Assembly (NCBI GenBank): GCA_002633005.1
Contig: NMRA01000881.1
Span: 46,675-110,674, forward strand
Reading direction: 5' to 3'
DNA length: 64,000 nt
DNA from: Phoronis australis
Taxonomy: Eukaryota > Animalia > Phoronida
The translations under genes and the position numbers were made by a program. The number at the start of each line of letters is the position of its first letter. Position 1 is the stretch's first letter. The notes below the pieces were generated by a model. The model was given only the letters and a program-made list of their open reading frames with translations. It was not told where the DNA came from and did no database searches. Below, piece by piece: positions 52,401-64,000 of this stretch.

Positions 52401-55400
52401 AACAAGTATCAGGACCTGAAATTTGACTTTAGAAGGAAATATCTGTCAAGTGAAATGTTAAACTTGGGGATGTGAATAAACTGTGCACCACTTAATAAGT
52501 TACACCAATTTACCCATAACAATATGTCTACTGGCTCGACTGAGAGTTAGTAACCTCTACTGCCCTCACCACCTACCTTGTAACTGTCGTACTCTGCCTG
52601 AACTGCCAGCAGCTCACTGCGAGACAGCTCAAGGTCCTCCTGCACACTGTGCATCTTAATCTCCAGCCCTCTCACTGTACGCTGGCTCGACTCGGAGCAG
52701 GCACGCAGCTTCTCCTGTAGCTTCATTCTCTCCCCTGATAGCTCAGCTAGCTGTACCTGTATTGGTGGAGGGATGAGCTGGTTCAAGTACAATAGTATCA
52801 GCAAGATGACAATTGCGACAATAGGTTGTTCTGACAATCACAGTCACCATAGTTACTAACTGTAAAATCTCACAAATGGAAAGCAAAACGGGCTGCAGTC
52901 CCCTGCAAGGGTACTATACCAACAGGTCTGTTAGTGTTGCATTCACTATGATAGCATTTTATCAAAACTGTTACCACATGAAGCAACAGTATCACTAAGG
53001 CTATGGGGAAAAAACAGCAATGGTCCCACAGCAGCATTTCTATGACACCAAGCCTTTCAGCCCATTCACAGATGATGAACCCATTCATATCAAGCTTCAC
53101 TCAGTTGTCAGATCAGTTCAAATAGCTTGGTATCACGAGTACCAGTAGTTCTTCTACATTGCACATTTACGTTCATAGATAAGAGTAGGTGCTACTCTAT
53201 AGCCCAACTGGTGACAGGAAAAATTGCTTAGTTGGCTATATGAATATGTCTTGGCCATGATGTTGAAAGACAAATGTATTGTCACCCAGCTCACATATTT
53301 GATTGTTAGTAAGCATTAGACAACTACTGTTAGTAGCAAGGTCAATTATTTTGTGAAGCATTATAATTAAGATGAATTTCATTCACTTTGTGCTTATTTA
53401 TCAACACCAGACACTCACATAAATTTAGATGATTGCCATTAAAAGAGCATGAAGTGCATCGTAAAACAATCTTTCTTAGTTTATTAACCACAGAACCATA
53501 TCGTTTATATGTCACAACACTCAGACTGGCTCGAAGAAGTCCTAACTGACATGACAGAACTACACACACAATTAAATGGCAACTGATCAGAAGAACAACT
53601 TGCAACTCAAAGCGTTGATGTATACTAAGTCAGATATGTTCACGCTCCAAAACGGGAATCAACCCATTGGATTTATCTGATGACACACCTGGACAGCCAA
53701 GTACATACTGAACACAAACTTTGCTTCTGAAAATTATCTGCCACCATCAACCAGGCATGACCCCTTCTACGTAAACTTGAAAAATGCATTAATGCATATA
53801 TAACAAAAACACTTAGCCATTAAAGCTGTATAAAAGATTTGTCTTCTCATAATCAGTAATTAATATTAATTTTGTACTGCCTTAACAGTTCGCAGTCTTT
53901 ATACTTATAAGCAAATTAGTTTGAACTGACACTTGTTGACCATCAGGTGCTAGACCCATGCACATTCCAGGTGACGCAATGTTAACCTTGCAACATATTA
54001 CCTTGTACTCCTCACTCTGTTGAACTAGTCCTTCTAGTTGTCCACGCAACTGAGCGTCACTTGTTCTTTGTTCACCCTCCTGTATAAAGAGAATTTAAGG
54101 TAAGTACAATACACTTCAGGCAACCTATCTTGTGTTTTGTTAGTTCACTGCTCTATAAATAGCGTGAAAGTTTTTAGACATCCACAGAAAAATTGAGTCA
54201 AATACTGGAATCTGCTTTACTTGAGTAAGCAACGTTTCGTTTGTCTCTCACCTATTGGCCAGAGCCACAGTAACACCACTAGCCAAGCTGAAATCCGTGA
54301 AAGACAGACGCAACATCACTAACTCAGTTGATTAAATTTTTCTGTATTTTTATAAAGAGCAAACCATGCAGTAAACAGCATAATGAATGTAGCATCATTT
54401 ATCCTATGTTCACTTTCCTAGTCAATGCACAGACAAACTACCGTAATCTCATCATTGCATTGAAACAAGTAATACATAAGGAACCACTTACCACTTTAAT
54501 GATAAAGTAATGAATGCAATACCACAATAAGTAAAACTTGTCAGAAATCATAAGTATTAATTCAACAGTTTATTAAGAGATGTGGAAAATGAACGAGAGT
54601 CAAAGCCTGAAAAATAGCGTCTGTGTGCACACTTCGTGCATTGAATTTCACTCACAAGTTTCTTGGACTCCGCTAGCTCCTTCTTGGCCTTGACAAGAAG
54701 TTGCTTCATTTTGGCAACTCTTTCCTCGGCTTGAGCCTTTTGAGACTCAGCGGTGTCTGCAAGAACAAGGACGGCGTTCAACGATGGCGTGCCTGTATGG
54801 GCAATAGTCACAAGCATTCCAATCCTCAGATCTTGAGAACCAGTTCAATGCTCGTTATTCAGTCAAGTCTGGTTCTCAAAATGTGGGACCTCTGTAAGTG
54901 ACTATTGTCCTGTAAGCTTAAAAAACATAACATTGGGCAATCCTTGATTCTTTTGAGCCAAGCCTGACGACACAATAGAACAAAGATGTTCTTATAACTT
55001 CTTGAATGCTGTAAAGCAAAACAGTGTTTGGCATAACCACCACATAGCCCAAAATTAATGACTTCGATCAGACATTTTTGACCGAGAAAATTCCCTATGA
55101 TATGTTTAACACACACAATTTAAAAACACACAGGCTAGTTTTCTGAGCAGCGGTCAACTTGTGAAATACAAGCAGCTTACAGTACAAACTTTCCTGCTCT
55201 GCAATAAAGTTAAATTAAGAACAAGGCGTTCTAAAATTTCAGAATACTTTCTGATCATAGCTACATACAATTTGTGCAGTATTCTGTGTGGTCTCCCACA
55301 GAATTTGCCTCTGAAACAACGGATGACTTCCTGTGGTTATTACAGACAAATGCGTCATGATATTTCTGACACCTAGTGTCAAAAGCTCATGATAAAAGAA

Positions 55401-58400
55401 GTGCCTAACTAGTGATAACAGAAAAGTATTTCAAAAATACTAAGTTGCTGCATCTGAAGTGAACAGCCGTATATTACAGACACAATAACTTTTGTCTTTT
55501 ATTATTTAATCTGGAACTGCATAATGAGTACACACTAAACATCAGTAATCAGTCAAACATGAAAATGAGTTAGTGAATTGAAAATTACTTACCCACGTCT
55601 GTCTCCGTAGCTTTCAGTTGTTCAGTCAATTTGGTGACCTCACTTTGCAAATCGCGGATGTTCATTTCTCGTTCTTCGATCTTTGCGTGTAAGGTTTCCA
55701 CTGTTTTCTCATACTCGGCAATTTCTAAATCCATAACATTGCTCTGCTTAGCATCCTTAAAATAAATAAATAAAGTGCAGATTAAAGCAAAATGTATAAC
55801 AACAGAAATTTCATAGTTTTTTGTCACAAAGACACTTAGCCTTAGACTGGTTAAAAACAAAGAAGAAAATTGAATGTTAGTTTTAGGCTATTACAGCAGA
55901 AAGGCAGACGTTCAAGGCTGATGTTTGCATCATTTGACACCATCAAAGTGATAAATTTGCCTTTCTTGGTGCAATTTTTCATATTAGATTGTAAGAAATA
56001 AATCTTTAAAACAAATCATTCATGCTTTTTGATTGTCTAGCCATAGTTTTACCAATTGAATTGCCTCAGATTTCAAACTGCATCTAAACACAATATTCTT
56101 ACTTTTTTCATGAAAAAGTACACAGAAAAGAATTTAGAAGAGTCAACAAAAACTCAACGACACTATGGAGGCTTCCCCTACCAGACATTGCAGATAAAAT
56201 CCTCAGAACTATACAATCTGCCGATCATGGATACAAAACGAATCTATGACATGCCCAGCAAAGTAGCATCTTGCAAAATCACCACGTCTAGGCCAGCAAT
56301 ACAGGTGAAACATAAGTATCACTAACTTACTGACCAAAGTATTTCAAGATTGAGTTATTACTAGTTCTGCAATGAGTGAATCAGATCTGTGAGTGCACAG
56401 CTCAAGTTTAACTGGAACAAACTTTACTGAAAGAAGTTGAAATTCAAAGTTCATTTTGCATTTTTAATGATTTCGCCACAGACTTTCCAAGAACCCCCAA
56501 AAACTGACATGTTAGAGGATCCTCAGTGATCAGGAGTTGTAGACTGGTGCAATTTACTACAAACACAAATCTCAATGAACAAAGTCTTGAATTTGGAAGA
56601 CCAGACAACAAACCCACTAAGACTGAATCTTCCGCAACCAAACTAACATTATGTTCTAAATTGTAACCTAAATGAAGCAAAGCCAGTGATCAATAGCTCC
56701 CACAATAGCTGCAAGGGTTTGAAAAATTCGTCAAACACTTTAGGACGCATTACATTAATCTTTCATTCTGCAGAAAATGGTTGCAAATAATGTAACTGCC
56801 AGAAATACGGTTTTCATCAAATTTTCAGATGTACAGCTTTTATCTTCAACTGCAGGTATTTGATAAATGAGCTTATGATCAAAAACTACCGAAATTTCCC
56901 ATTCCTTTCACCAGTAGTTTAAAGGCAATACAGCAAAATATAGAAAAAATATTGTACACTGTCTTTAATTTGCAGATTGCTTCAAGAATGTAACTAAACT
57001 AGGATTCAACTAGAGTCTAACAAGCAACAACTTACAGTTTTATCGTGCTTAAAAAAACGTTTTTTAACAAGAATTAACATTTGAGAACTTAGTAAAATTA
57101 AATGGATGTACGTGTGAGTAATGAGTAGAGAAGGAAACATAACATTTTCAAATCAAGAGTTTGTTTTGCAGGCTCTGACTAGCCACAGCAGCCTTTTATA
57201 CCATTCTGAGGAAGATTGTCATCCAAGACAGATTGAAAGTCTCAATATATTTATTAATGTCTTGACTAATCCAGTGGGGGCTCAAACATGGAGATGATGT
57301 AAATAACTAAAATGCTGGAACTTTAATTATTGTAAAACACAATGTTCTGGCCTTATCCCAAGACCGTCTACTGGCTGAATGATATGGTGTGTTCTTCACC
57401 ATCAGCATCACATGACAGGCAGCTGAAGAGAGACCTAACATCCTGATCTCAGATATGAAGTAAGTTAAAATGCAGTCCACAAAAATATAGATTAAGTGAT
57501 ATTAAAGATGTGAAAACATCAGAAAGAGAGAGATTGGTTGTTTCAGGAGAGGCTGATCCATGAGAGAATCAAAAACCATCTATGAACAGACTTAATGAAC
57601 TGTGTTTCAAACTACCTCATATCTGCAATTGGGTTGTAAGACGTCTCCCGAGTGGTCTGTCATGTGACCCCAGAAGTGATGAACACACAATATCGTTTAC
57701 TTTGGAAAACGTATTACAGTACCGTATTCGCCCTAATAAGCACCCAGGGTGCTTAGAAAAATTTGTTTTGGGGGATACTTACTGTAGCCTAAGGCAGTTG
57801 AAACTTCGTCTCCGAAACGGGTGAAATGGGAAGCTAGGATTCATCAAATTTACGCTCTGCGACGTATCTGTAACCTATGACAGACTTTCCACAAAATGTT
57901 GGTGCATTGCTATCAAACTTTGTTGTTAACTTTCGATCCTTTTTCAGAAAATTGTGCGGAAATCCCGGGGCAAAAACTCGCCGGCATGCGTCACGGCCTC
58001 GCGATCGTCGATAGGGCAACTTGAATTCTTGAATAAAAATACAGTTTCGACTCAACAAATTACCTGAAATCCTCTTTAAGTTTTCCAAATAGCGTCCCAA
58101 AAATTTTTAAATTCCTGTGAAGTCAGGATTAACCGCAGATTAAGTCCAAATCTGCGCTAGATCGCACCTCACAACACGAGAAAAATCTGGACGAACACAC
58201 ATGCTGTTGTCATGTGACGTTTGATTGAAGTTCGTCTGCGTGTGTGTGCTGAGTGAGCGAGTGCATGCGTATCATCAGAGTTCATTTGCCAGAGTAGCAG
58301 GCCTACATGCAATGAGCTACATTTATCTCATTGCTTTCATGTATGTTGCGCGCGCTTCCTGGTCACGTGCTCTTAACACTGATCAATTTTTTTATTAGTC

Positions 58401-61400
58401 TTCGATTCGCGGTGTTCACGTGTACAAAGTAATCTGGATTCCTATTGAGGGAGATCTGTACGGGAAAGATACAATACAATCCAGTTGACGAGTACGTTGC
58501 ATCTGTTCCGAAAGGCCTGACCATAGTGGGATACGTTCCTCGCAAGATCAGAAAAACTTTGCGTTCTTTTTGAAGCACTATGGAAGTTTGAAGTGTATAC
58601 CAACACAGCGGCGAGGCTCGTGGTCTAGACATTCTGCACACAATGATTTTTCAGGACTGTCGCATATTTTTGATAAATTGAAGATGTTACTGTAGAATTT
58701 TAGAACTGTATGTAAGGCATTTTTCGCATGTATACGTTCATGGGCTGGGCACTTATTTTAGCGTTGTCTGAAAACGTGAGGGGGGCGCTTATAGGGGCAT
58801 GGGCACTTATTAGGGTGAATACGGTATTTGATATATTTACATCTTCATCTTTGTAAGTTTCAATAGTGAGAAAATCCTTGTGCATCTGTCTGATTCACTA
58901 GTTTTCAAATACAAGTAACCACAGGTGTGTTCAGCACCGTTCTGTATCCTGCGAGTTTGGCAAGTAGGTGCTACGGTAACTTAAAACCTTTAGTTAGTAT
59001 TTCGTGTGTAAACTCACAGCCTCACTAGTGTACACCAACAAAAGGGCAGTCACTGAAAGTGATTGCATAGATTCACGAAAGAAAGTTCATAAGCACCCAG
59101 CATACTCACTGTTTACATTGTATAAGCCAAGAGGTATAACTCCAGGAGACTCATTATTGAAAGCAACCCTGTTGTAAGTCATGTAAATTATATGATGAAA
59201 AAACTAACTTAAAATGAATTGATTCTCAGAATACACTGTTGTACTTAATCGAGAAACTTGGCTGTCATGGAAAGTATAACAGACATTTTATTTTTCAATT
59301 GTGACCCACCACGACAAAATGAGTCTTAAGTCGGAAACTCTATTTCCTGACAAGACTGCAAACAGTCGCTATCGGTTAAAATTAGGTCAAATTTTTTATT
59401 GCAGAATATGATTATTTATTCATTCTACTCCACAAAACAATACTTTAAAACAAGCAAACTTCATTTTAAACCTTATTTATTTCATTTTGAAAAACATCAC
59501 CTTCTCCACGACTGCATATCTCGTGAAATTTTCATCGAAATTTGCCGGTTTTCGTGTCCTCATTGCTCAGTCTTCCGATGACCCAATTCGCTCGTAAACA
59601 CATCAACAGAAAGGTCAAACTCTGCTCATTATGCATGTAGTAAGCTCTTTGAGTTTTTCGTCCAATCATCAGTCGTTATTTCACTTCTTGCACTCGGGGT
59701 ATTTTCAACAGAAGTGTCACTCACCAGTCTTTTAGCTAGCAACGACCTTTTAACCCAATACATCGCTGACCTCATTCGCTAGAACTAGTTAAGTGGGTGT
59801 GAAACTGTGGGGTCGCGAGGTCACGGCATGTTTTCAAGACAGTAAGATGGCTGGTTGCCGTGTAGCTGATATCTCAGTGATTAACTCTTGCCTCTGACTG
59901 CCGTATCAAGATCAGCGAGAAGTAACTGAACTCATCAAAGAGCACATTTGTTGATGGAGACAAGGAGCGATTTCGTGACAACGACGAGTCGTCTGACGGC
60001 AGCAACTCGTCGCCAGAGGAGTTTCATGATCGACCCATCGCGAATACGGTTACGTTGGATTCCAAGTCGTTGGATTGGAACAAACAGAACTTGAAGAAAA
60101 CAGTCCGGATTAGCTTAATCGCACAACAATGTCTTGTATCTGCAAAGCCAGTCGATCGGGGTGCAAGCAGCTGAATATTACTGCAAGACTGAACAATCTT
60201 CGATAGGGCTGAATCACTCGGTGAGAAGTCGAGGAAATCGTTGCTCTTCAGTCAGTGTCAGTGGACTTGGATAGGGATGAGTGATTGTCATTTTTTCAAA
60301 ATTATTCACACTAGCGTAAAATTTTGAATTATTTTGAAAAAAAATCAGCCAGGAACGTGTATTTTGTATTCTACAGGACTTCATTTTATTAAACTTCTCC
60401 AAAATACACTTTAACTTCTTGTTTTACTTGCGGTAACCCCTCCTGCCACAAGTGGACTGACCCTGTATACATTAGCTGGGAAATTTATTGACCCAGTTGC
60501 AGCAACCCAACATGAATATCACTCCTTTTTGGCTGAGATTACATAATAAGGTCTATATTCTGTCTAATTTTTGATTCCTTTTATTTGTTTATGTTGTTGT
60601 GTATACTAATAAGTCTGAAATGTAGCATTCAACTGCAGGCTGCTATGGAAATTTTAAAGACACTATCGGCACTTTTTGTCGGCCATTTTCCTTGACTTTT
60701 GAAAGCTCTAAATTTTCGCTTTCCCCGACTAGAATTGGCAATAACTTGGTCATTTGTGAAGATAAGGACATGTTTCATACCTCAAAATGATCAGAAAACA
60801 ATGTATTTTCAGAAAAAATAACAATTACAAAAATGACAAATCCCGACTTAAGGCTCGTTTGTGGTGGTGGGTCACAATTTAGCAATTCATTAACTGGTAA
60901 GAAAAACAATTAACAGCTGGAGGCAGATGACAAGACATTCCAACAGAGCCGTAGGAAGCAGTGGAGTTGGGAGTTTGAAGAAATTAAACAAGACTGTCCC
61001 GCAAACGTTTGCTTTCTATGGACCTATTAAAATGCACACATATAATAATGAGTGCATGGAGACAAACAAATACCTTTTTAACACTATCCAACTCTTTGTG
61101 CGCAGCCTTGAGCTTAGTTTCAAGTTCCTTCATGTCAGCTAGGCTTTTCTCTCTTGCTTTTTCTACTTCACCCTTGACCTCTGCCAACTGACCATGCGCC
61201 TGTAGTCAATAGCGTGAGTAAAAAACACTACATGAAATAGTTGATGTGACAACAAAAATACTTGACGTATTAAGTATAGGATGAACTGAATAATATTTTA
61301 CCTCAACTCCTACAGCTAGCTGCTCAATATTTTTGAACATATTTTCATTAAAGATGACATGAACTCGCTTTCTGCTACAAATATTAACTTTCTGATTCTG

Positions 61401-62505
61401 ACAACTTGTCATCATAAAACTGGTCTCAATGACATTTTGTTCCTTACTGTAATTAAGAGTGATTACGAACTGTCAGTTCAACACAAGTACAAAAAAATTT
61501 GAGACCAATTTTTAATAACTGTAAGTGGTCTATATAAAATTATTGACAGAACGGTTTATTGCACCTTATGTTTCTAATCATTAAATAGCAAGCAAGTTTC
61601 TTCCTACTTGACTGACAAATTTATCACCATAACCAATTTCTTGAAAAGAGCCTTAACAATTTTAAGACATGTCTTGTGTTTCCAGTATGTTGCAACTGAA
61701 ATTTTTGGCCCATAATTCTTAGCATTTCACAGTTTCGCAATCATTTATGTTCTGATTAACAAGGCATTATGGATATATTTTCAAGAGATTTTATAATTTA
61801 CTGAAGAGAAATATTCTTTTCACAAAGAGTTGTGTGGAGCATAAGAAAAAAAATCACTCTTCTTGAATCAGACCCAGGGGGGGCTATTTCGTGAAACTGA
61901 ATTAAGACACAAATTTGGTCTTACGCTCCCTCTTCAGCTGCTGAATAAAGTTTTAGCCAAATAAATATGAATGCATCACAGTCTATATATAATTTATGGA
62001 AACTCGTTCAGTAACTCCCAGTTATGCGTATGTTCTCAGAGATTTAGATTTCTTAGACAGACTTGCATGAGAATGTAAGACAAAATTTCTGACAGTAGTC
62101 TGAAGTCACTTTTCTTGAAACAGACTCTTGTCCTTAGTGAGTATAATCATATGGGGATAGGAGATTTGTAAGCTGGTCCATCACTTTATCTGGGAATTTT
62201 AGCATCTTTAATCAAGGCACCTCATTGGCCAACATAACACTTAAGAACAAAGGACTGTAGTCTAACATAACATATTAAATAAGACAATTATGATTGTAAT
62301 GTTACTATCTCAAAATTACAATCCAGTTATGAGGGTAGCTTGACTAAAGCAAAGGAGTTGAGGGATGTTTCACAGAGCTGGAAAGAGCCAAACTGACCTT
62401 GCTCAACTCTTTCTCCACCTGTTCCTTCTGCAGACGATCAGCCTCCATCTGAGATAGATTCTCCTTGATTTGCTTCTGCAGCTCAGATACTTGACTTTGT
62501 ACATC
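32604..62505 (-). CDS. GCC2: GRIP and coiled-coil domain-containing protein 2 (GCC185 golgin), 3' part; 15 exons, 627 aa in window, 5' end lies beyond the window
   Basis: Exons in transcription order: 62398-62505, 61074-61199, 55593-55755, 54656-54756, 54002-54079, 52577-52756, 52084-52217, 47651-47773, 47270-47372, 45879-46106, 38194-38226, 36264-36348, 34768-35000, 33174-33282, 32604-32683. All introns are GT-AG, phases are compatible and the total is 1884 nt. Recognisable GCC2 segments: ELDSVKKDAKQSNVMDLEIAEYEK, KMKQLLVKAKKELAESK, SYKVRVHNVLKQQK, the GRIP domain EIRRLERNQKRENAISNMEYLKNVVLKFLLLQPGDERERMIPVLSTMLTLSGEEK, and the C-terminus GWGAYLPRWSGLM*. Confidence 0.93.
33174..33282 (-). 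CDS. GCC2: GCC2 exon (GRIP domain, FLLLQPGDERERMIPVLSTMLTLSGEEKMSLVAVAR)
   Basis: cag| and |gtattc boundaries, 109 nt. Confidence 0.93.
34369..34418. repeat. (AAT)n microsatellite
   Basis: About 16 units; explains the poly-Ile ORF 34322..34525. Confidence 0.95.
34768..35000 (-). CDS. GCC2: GCC2 exon (coiled coil and GRIP start, ...EYLKNVVLK)
   Basis: cag| and |gtgaga boundaries, 233 nt; contains the invariant GRIP tyrosine. Confidence 0.94.
35622..36022. mobile_element. PIF/Harbinger-like MITE with long (about 130 bp) inverted arms
   Basis: GGCCCGGTCTCTAATCTTT... vs reverse complement GGCCTGGTCTCCAATCTTT...; CAG at both 35619-35621 and 36023-36025 (3-bp TSD); a decayed relative at about 46350-46660. 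Confidence 0.75.
36264..36348 (-). CDS. GCC2: GCC2 exon (PGQPATPQPPLVSFEQLISSPSVDLDKQ)
   Basis: cag| and |gtaagt boundaries, 85 nt; SFEQLISSP resembles vertebrate SLEQLLNSP. Confidence 0.85.
38194..38226 (-). CDS. GCC2: GCC2 micro-exon (GMEHPDAGGSQ)
   Basis: ttttcag| and |gtgaga boundaries, 33 nt; completes the conserved GEGME motif. Confidence 0.8.
45333..45638. mobile_element. pogo/Tigger-like MITE
   Basis: TA|CCGGTATTTTCCATGGATAAGCCCA ... GGCTTATTTACGGAAAATCTCGG|TA imperfect TIRs. Confidence 0.55.
45879..46106 (-). CDS. GCC2: GCC2 exon (DQMKLLLDNHKSEK...REERQSGE)
   Basis: tag| and |gtaagt boundaries, 228 nt. Confidence 0.9.
47270..47372 (-). CDS. GCC2: GCC2 exon (IELLSQEN...QNEALSQNFK)
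   Basis: cag| and |gtacct boundaries, 103 nt. Confidence 0.87.
47651..47773 (-). CDS. GCC2: GCC2 exon (DQYKLTHSERELLQEECDRLQSRYAKLQKEAEDKERTWKQK)
   Basis: tag| and |gttagt boundaries, 123 nt, phase 2/2. Confidence 0.87.
50416..50541. mobile_element. Short inverted-repeat element
   Basis: taacaggaagctaacgacgcaaatgat ... atcacttgcgtcattagcttcttagtta inverted arms; agttacttatcc is duplicated near both ends. Confidence 0.45.
52084..52217 (-). CDS. GCC2: GCC2 exon (VRVHNVLKQQKSK...KLQEVS)
   Basis: tag| and |gtaaaa boundaries, 134 nt, conserved VRVHNVLKQQK. Confidence 0.92.
52577..52756 (-). CDS. GCC2: GCC2 exon (VQLAELSGE...AEYDSYK)
   Basis: cag| and |gtaggt boundaries, 180 nt. Confidence 0.9.
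54002..54079 (-). CDS. GCC2: GCC2 exon (EGEQRTSDAQLRGQLEGLVQQSEEYK)
   Basis: cag| and |gtaata boundaries, 78 nt. Confidence 0.87.
54656..54756 (-). CDS. GCC2: GCC2 exon (TAESQKAQAEERVAKMKQLLVKAKKELAESKKL)
   Basis: cag| and |gtgagt boundaries, 101 nt. Confidence 0.9.
55593..55755 (-). CDS. GCC2: GCC2 exon (DAKQSNVMDLEIAEYEK...TETDV)
   Basis: aag| and |gtaagt boundaries, 163 nt, conserved MxxEIAxYE segment. Confidence 0.9.
57722..58824. mobile_element. Non-autonomous Tc1/mariner (pogo/Tigger-like) element, about 1.1 kb, both ends present
   Basis: TIRs CCGTATTCGCCCTAATAAGCACCCA / TGGGCACTTATTAGGGTGAATACGG flanked by TA on both sides; related copies at 7954-9090 and 63201-63701. Confidence 0.8.
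59301..60875. mobile_element. Non-autonomous DNA transposon, Sola1-like, 1575 bp, in a GCC2 intron
   Basis: Imperfect TIRs of about 35 bp (GTGACCCACCACGACAAAATGAGTCTTAAGTCGG vs reverse complement GTGACCCACCACCACAAACGAGCCTTAAGTCGG). AATT at both 59297-59300 and 60876-60879 is a 4-bp AWWT target duplication, typical of Sola1. Decayed coding-like interior at about 59840-60230. Confidence 0.75.
61074..61199 (-). CDS. GCC2: GCC2 exon (AHGQLAEVKGEVEK...ELDSVKK)
   Basis: cag| and |gtattt boundaries, 126 nt, coiled coil. Confidence 0.88.
62398..62505 (-). CDS. GCC2: GCC2 exon (DVQSQVSELQKQIKENLSQMEADRLQKEQVEKELSK)
   Basis: cag| and |gtcagt boundaries, 108 nt, coiled-coil composition. Confidence 0.8.
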
Positions 62506-62555
62506 CTGTCGACAGAAGCATTCATTAGGGATGGCTTAAAGCACTAATAAACCTG

Positions 62556-62778
62556 GGGTCCGTTCCAAGAAACTGACTTTCCGGTAAGTTCACGTTTGAC
62601 TTAAGTCTAAGATTTGTCTCAGCGTCTAAACTTTGAAACTTCCACATCCACTAAATTAGTCAAAATGAAGACAAAAATTAAGTCTCTTTCTTGAAATGAA
62701 CTTGAGACAATTTTTATCTTCAAATTGACTGAAATTTAAGATTAGTCTTAGCTAAGTCAGTTTTTTTGGAAAGAGCCT
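62556..62778. mobile_element. PIF/Harbinger-like MITE
   Basis: GGGTCCGTTCCAAGAAACTGACTT vs reverse complement AGGCTCTTTCCAAAAAAACTGACTT; CTG on both flanks; a related decayed copy at about 61878-62128. Confidence 0.6.
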
Positions 62779-63200
62779 CTGCCTTCCAACACAAGAAATC
62801 GTGCGAGTTGCTCTTTCAATAGCCCAGCAAAACCCAGTCATTCTGGTACTGTGTCATTAAAACACTATTGGGGCACGACTGATAAAATATTTAAAAGTAG
62901 CAGCTAAGGTTACTCGGACTTTGAAAAAAGAAAAGTTGCATTTTGGCAATTATTTGACAACTATTCCTTATAATATTTTAACGGAATTAAAAAGTTACCA
63001 TATTATAATGTTTAAATGTTTCTAATAAATCATGAGCTGTTGTGCTTTTATAATGTTGAAATATTTACTCGACCATTTCTTGTATTTTGTTTTCCTTCTT
63101 AATCAATAAAATTGTTGACTGTTGCTCCAATCTATTTTGCTCTATCCATTGCTATGTTGTTAAACTGTTACGGAATTTATTTTATGAACAAAAGGATTTG

Positions 63201-63701
63201 CTGTATTCGCCCTAATAAGCACCCATGCCCCCATAAGTGCCCCCCACGCATTTTTAGACTGCTGAAATAAGCACCCAACCCATGAACATGTACACTGCAA
63301 AAAATGTCTTACCTACAGTCCTAAAATTCTACAGTAATGTCTTCAACTTATAAACAAGATCCGGCTGTCCTGAAAAATTATAATTGTGCAGGGAATTTCT
63401 AGACTGCGAGCCTCGCCGCTGTGTCAGTATTTAGCCGTGATTATACACTTCAAACATCCACCATGCATCAAAAAGAACGACTAACAGTTTTGCTGATCTT
63501 GCAAGGAATGTGTCCCACAATGGTTTGGCCTTTCAGAACAGACACTGCATAATTATCAATGGATTGAATCTTTCTTACAGCTTCCAATTTCTGATTTCAC
63601 CCGTTTCGGAGACCGGGTTTCAACCGCCTTAGGTTACAATAAGTGCCCTCTGAAGCAAATTTTTCTATTAAGCACTCGAGCGCTTATTAGGGAAAATGCA
63701 G
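63201..63701. mobile_element. Internally deleted, inverted copy of the same pogo-like element
   Basis: Begins CTGTATTCGCCCTAATAAGCACCCATGCCCC (reverse complement of the 58824 end) and ends GCGCTTATTAGGGAAAATGCAG|TA; interior matches both termini of 57722-58824. Confidence 0.75.
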
Positions 63702-64000
63702 TAACTCTTTTTCTTTAACTCATAAACACCATCTATTAAACATACAAAACAATTGCTGACTTTCACCCTCAGTCATAAAGAAGTTTTTCAGACCCCAAAA
63801 ATGTGATAATGACATTGAATTCGCCTCACGTAGTTATTATCTCATTTTTGGGATCTGAAAAACTACACATTAACTAAAAATGAATGTCAAAGATTCAACA
63901 TGCTACATGCCTGCAATTGTCTCGTGATTTCCTGTTTCTCATCGTTTAACATTGAAATGTTTTGCTTCAAGTCGGCATTGCTGCTAACAGTTTTCTTCAG

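Overview
Eukaryotic, AT-rich, intron- and repeat-rich invertebrate genomic DNA; the species cannot be determined from sequence alone. Three protein-coding genes are well supported. (1) A + strand multi-copy neuropeptide precursor with two coding exons (19281-19345 and 19861-20599, 267 aa). It has a signal peptide and two blocks of peptides: non-amidated xxDxLGSxM(L/I) and amidated xLDxIGGxL(I/L)amide, most like the pedal-peptide/orcokinin(-B) family. (2) A + strand GT31-family beta-1,3-glycosyltransferase encoded in one coding exon (28600-29952), with unusual acidic Tyr-rich inserts. (3) The 3' 15 coding exons of GCC2/GCC185, the trans-Golgi GRIP golgin (- strand, 32604-62505, 5' end outside the window), reconstructed by hand with consistent splice phases. 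The rest is intron/intergenic DNA with non-autonomous DNA transposons (Sola1-like, pogo-like, PIF/Harbinger-like, Helitron-like), a probable solo LTR abutting a tRNA-Cys-like sequence, and simple repeats. A possible second, unresolved peptide gene lies on the - strand at about 4.8-14.6 kb (orphan terminal exon ...SWACRTRW-GKR*). Most short ORFs in the supplied track are not genes. All homology statements come from recognition of motifs, not from database searches.
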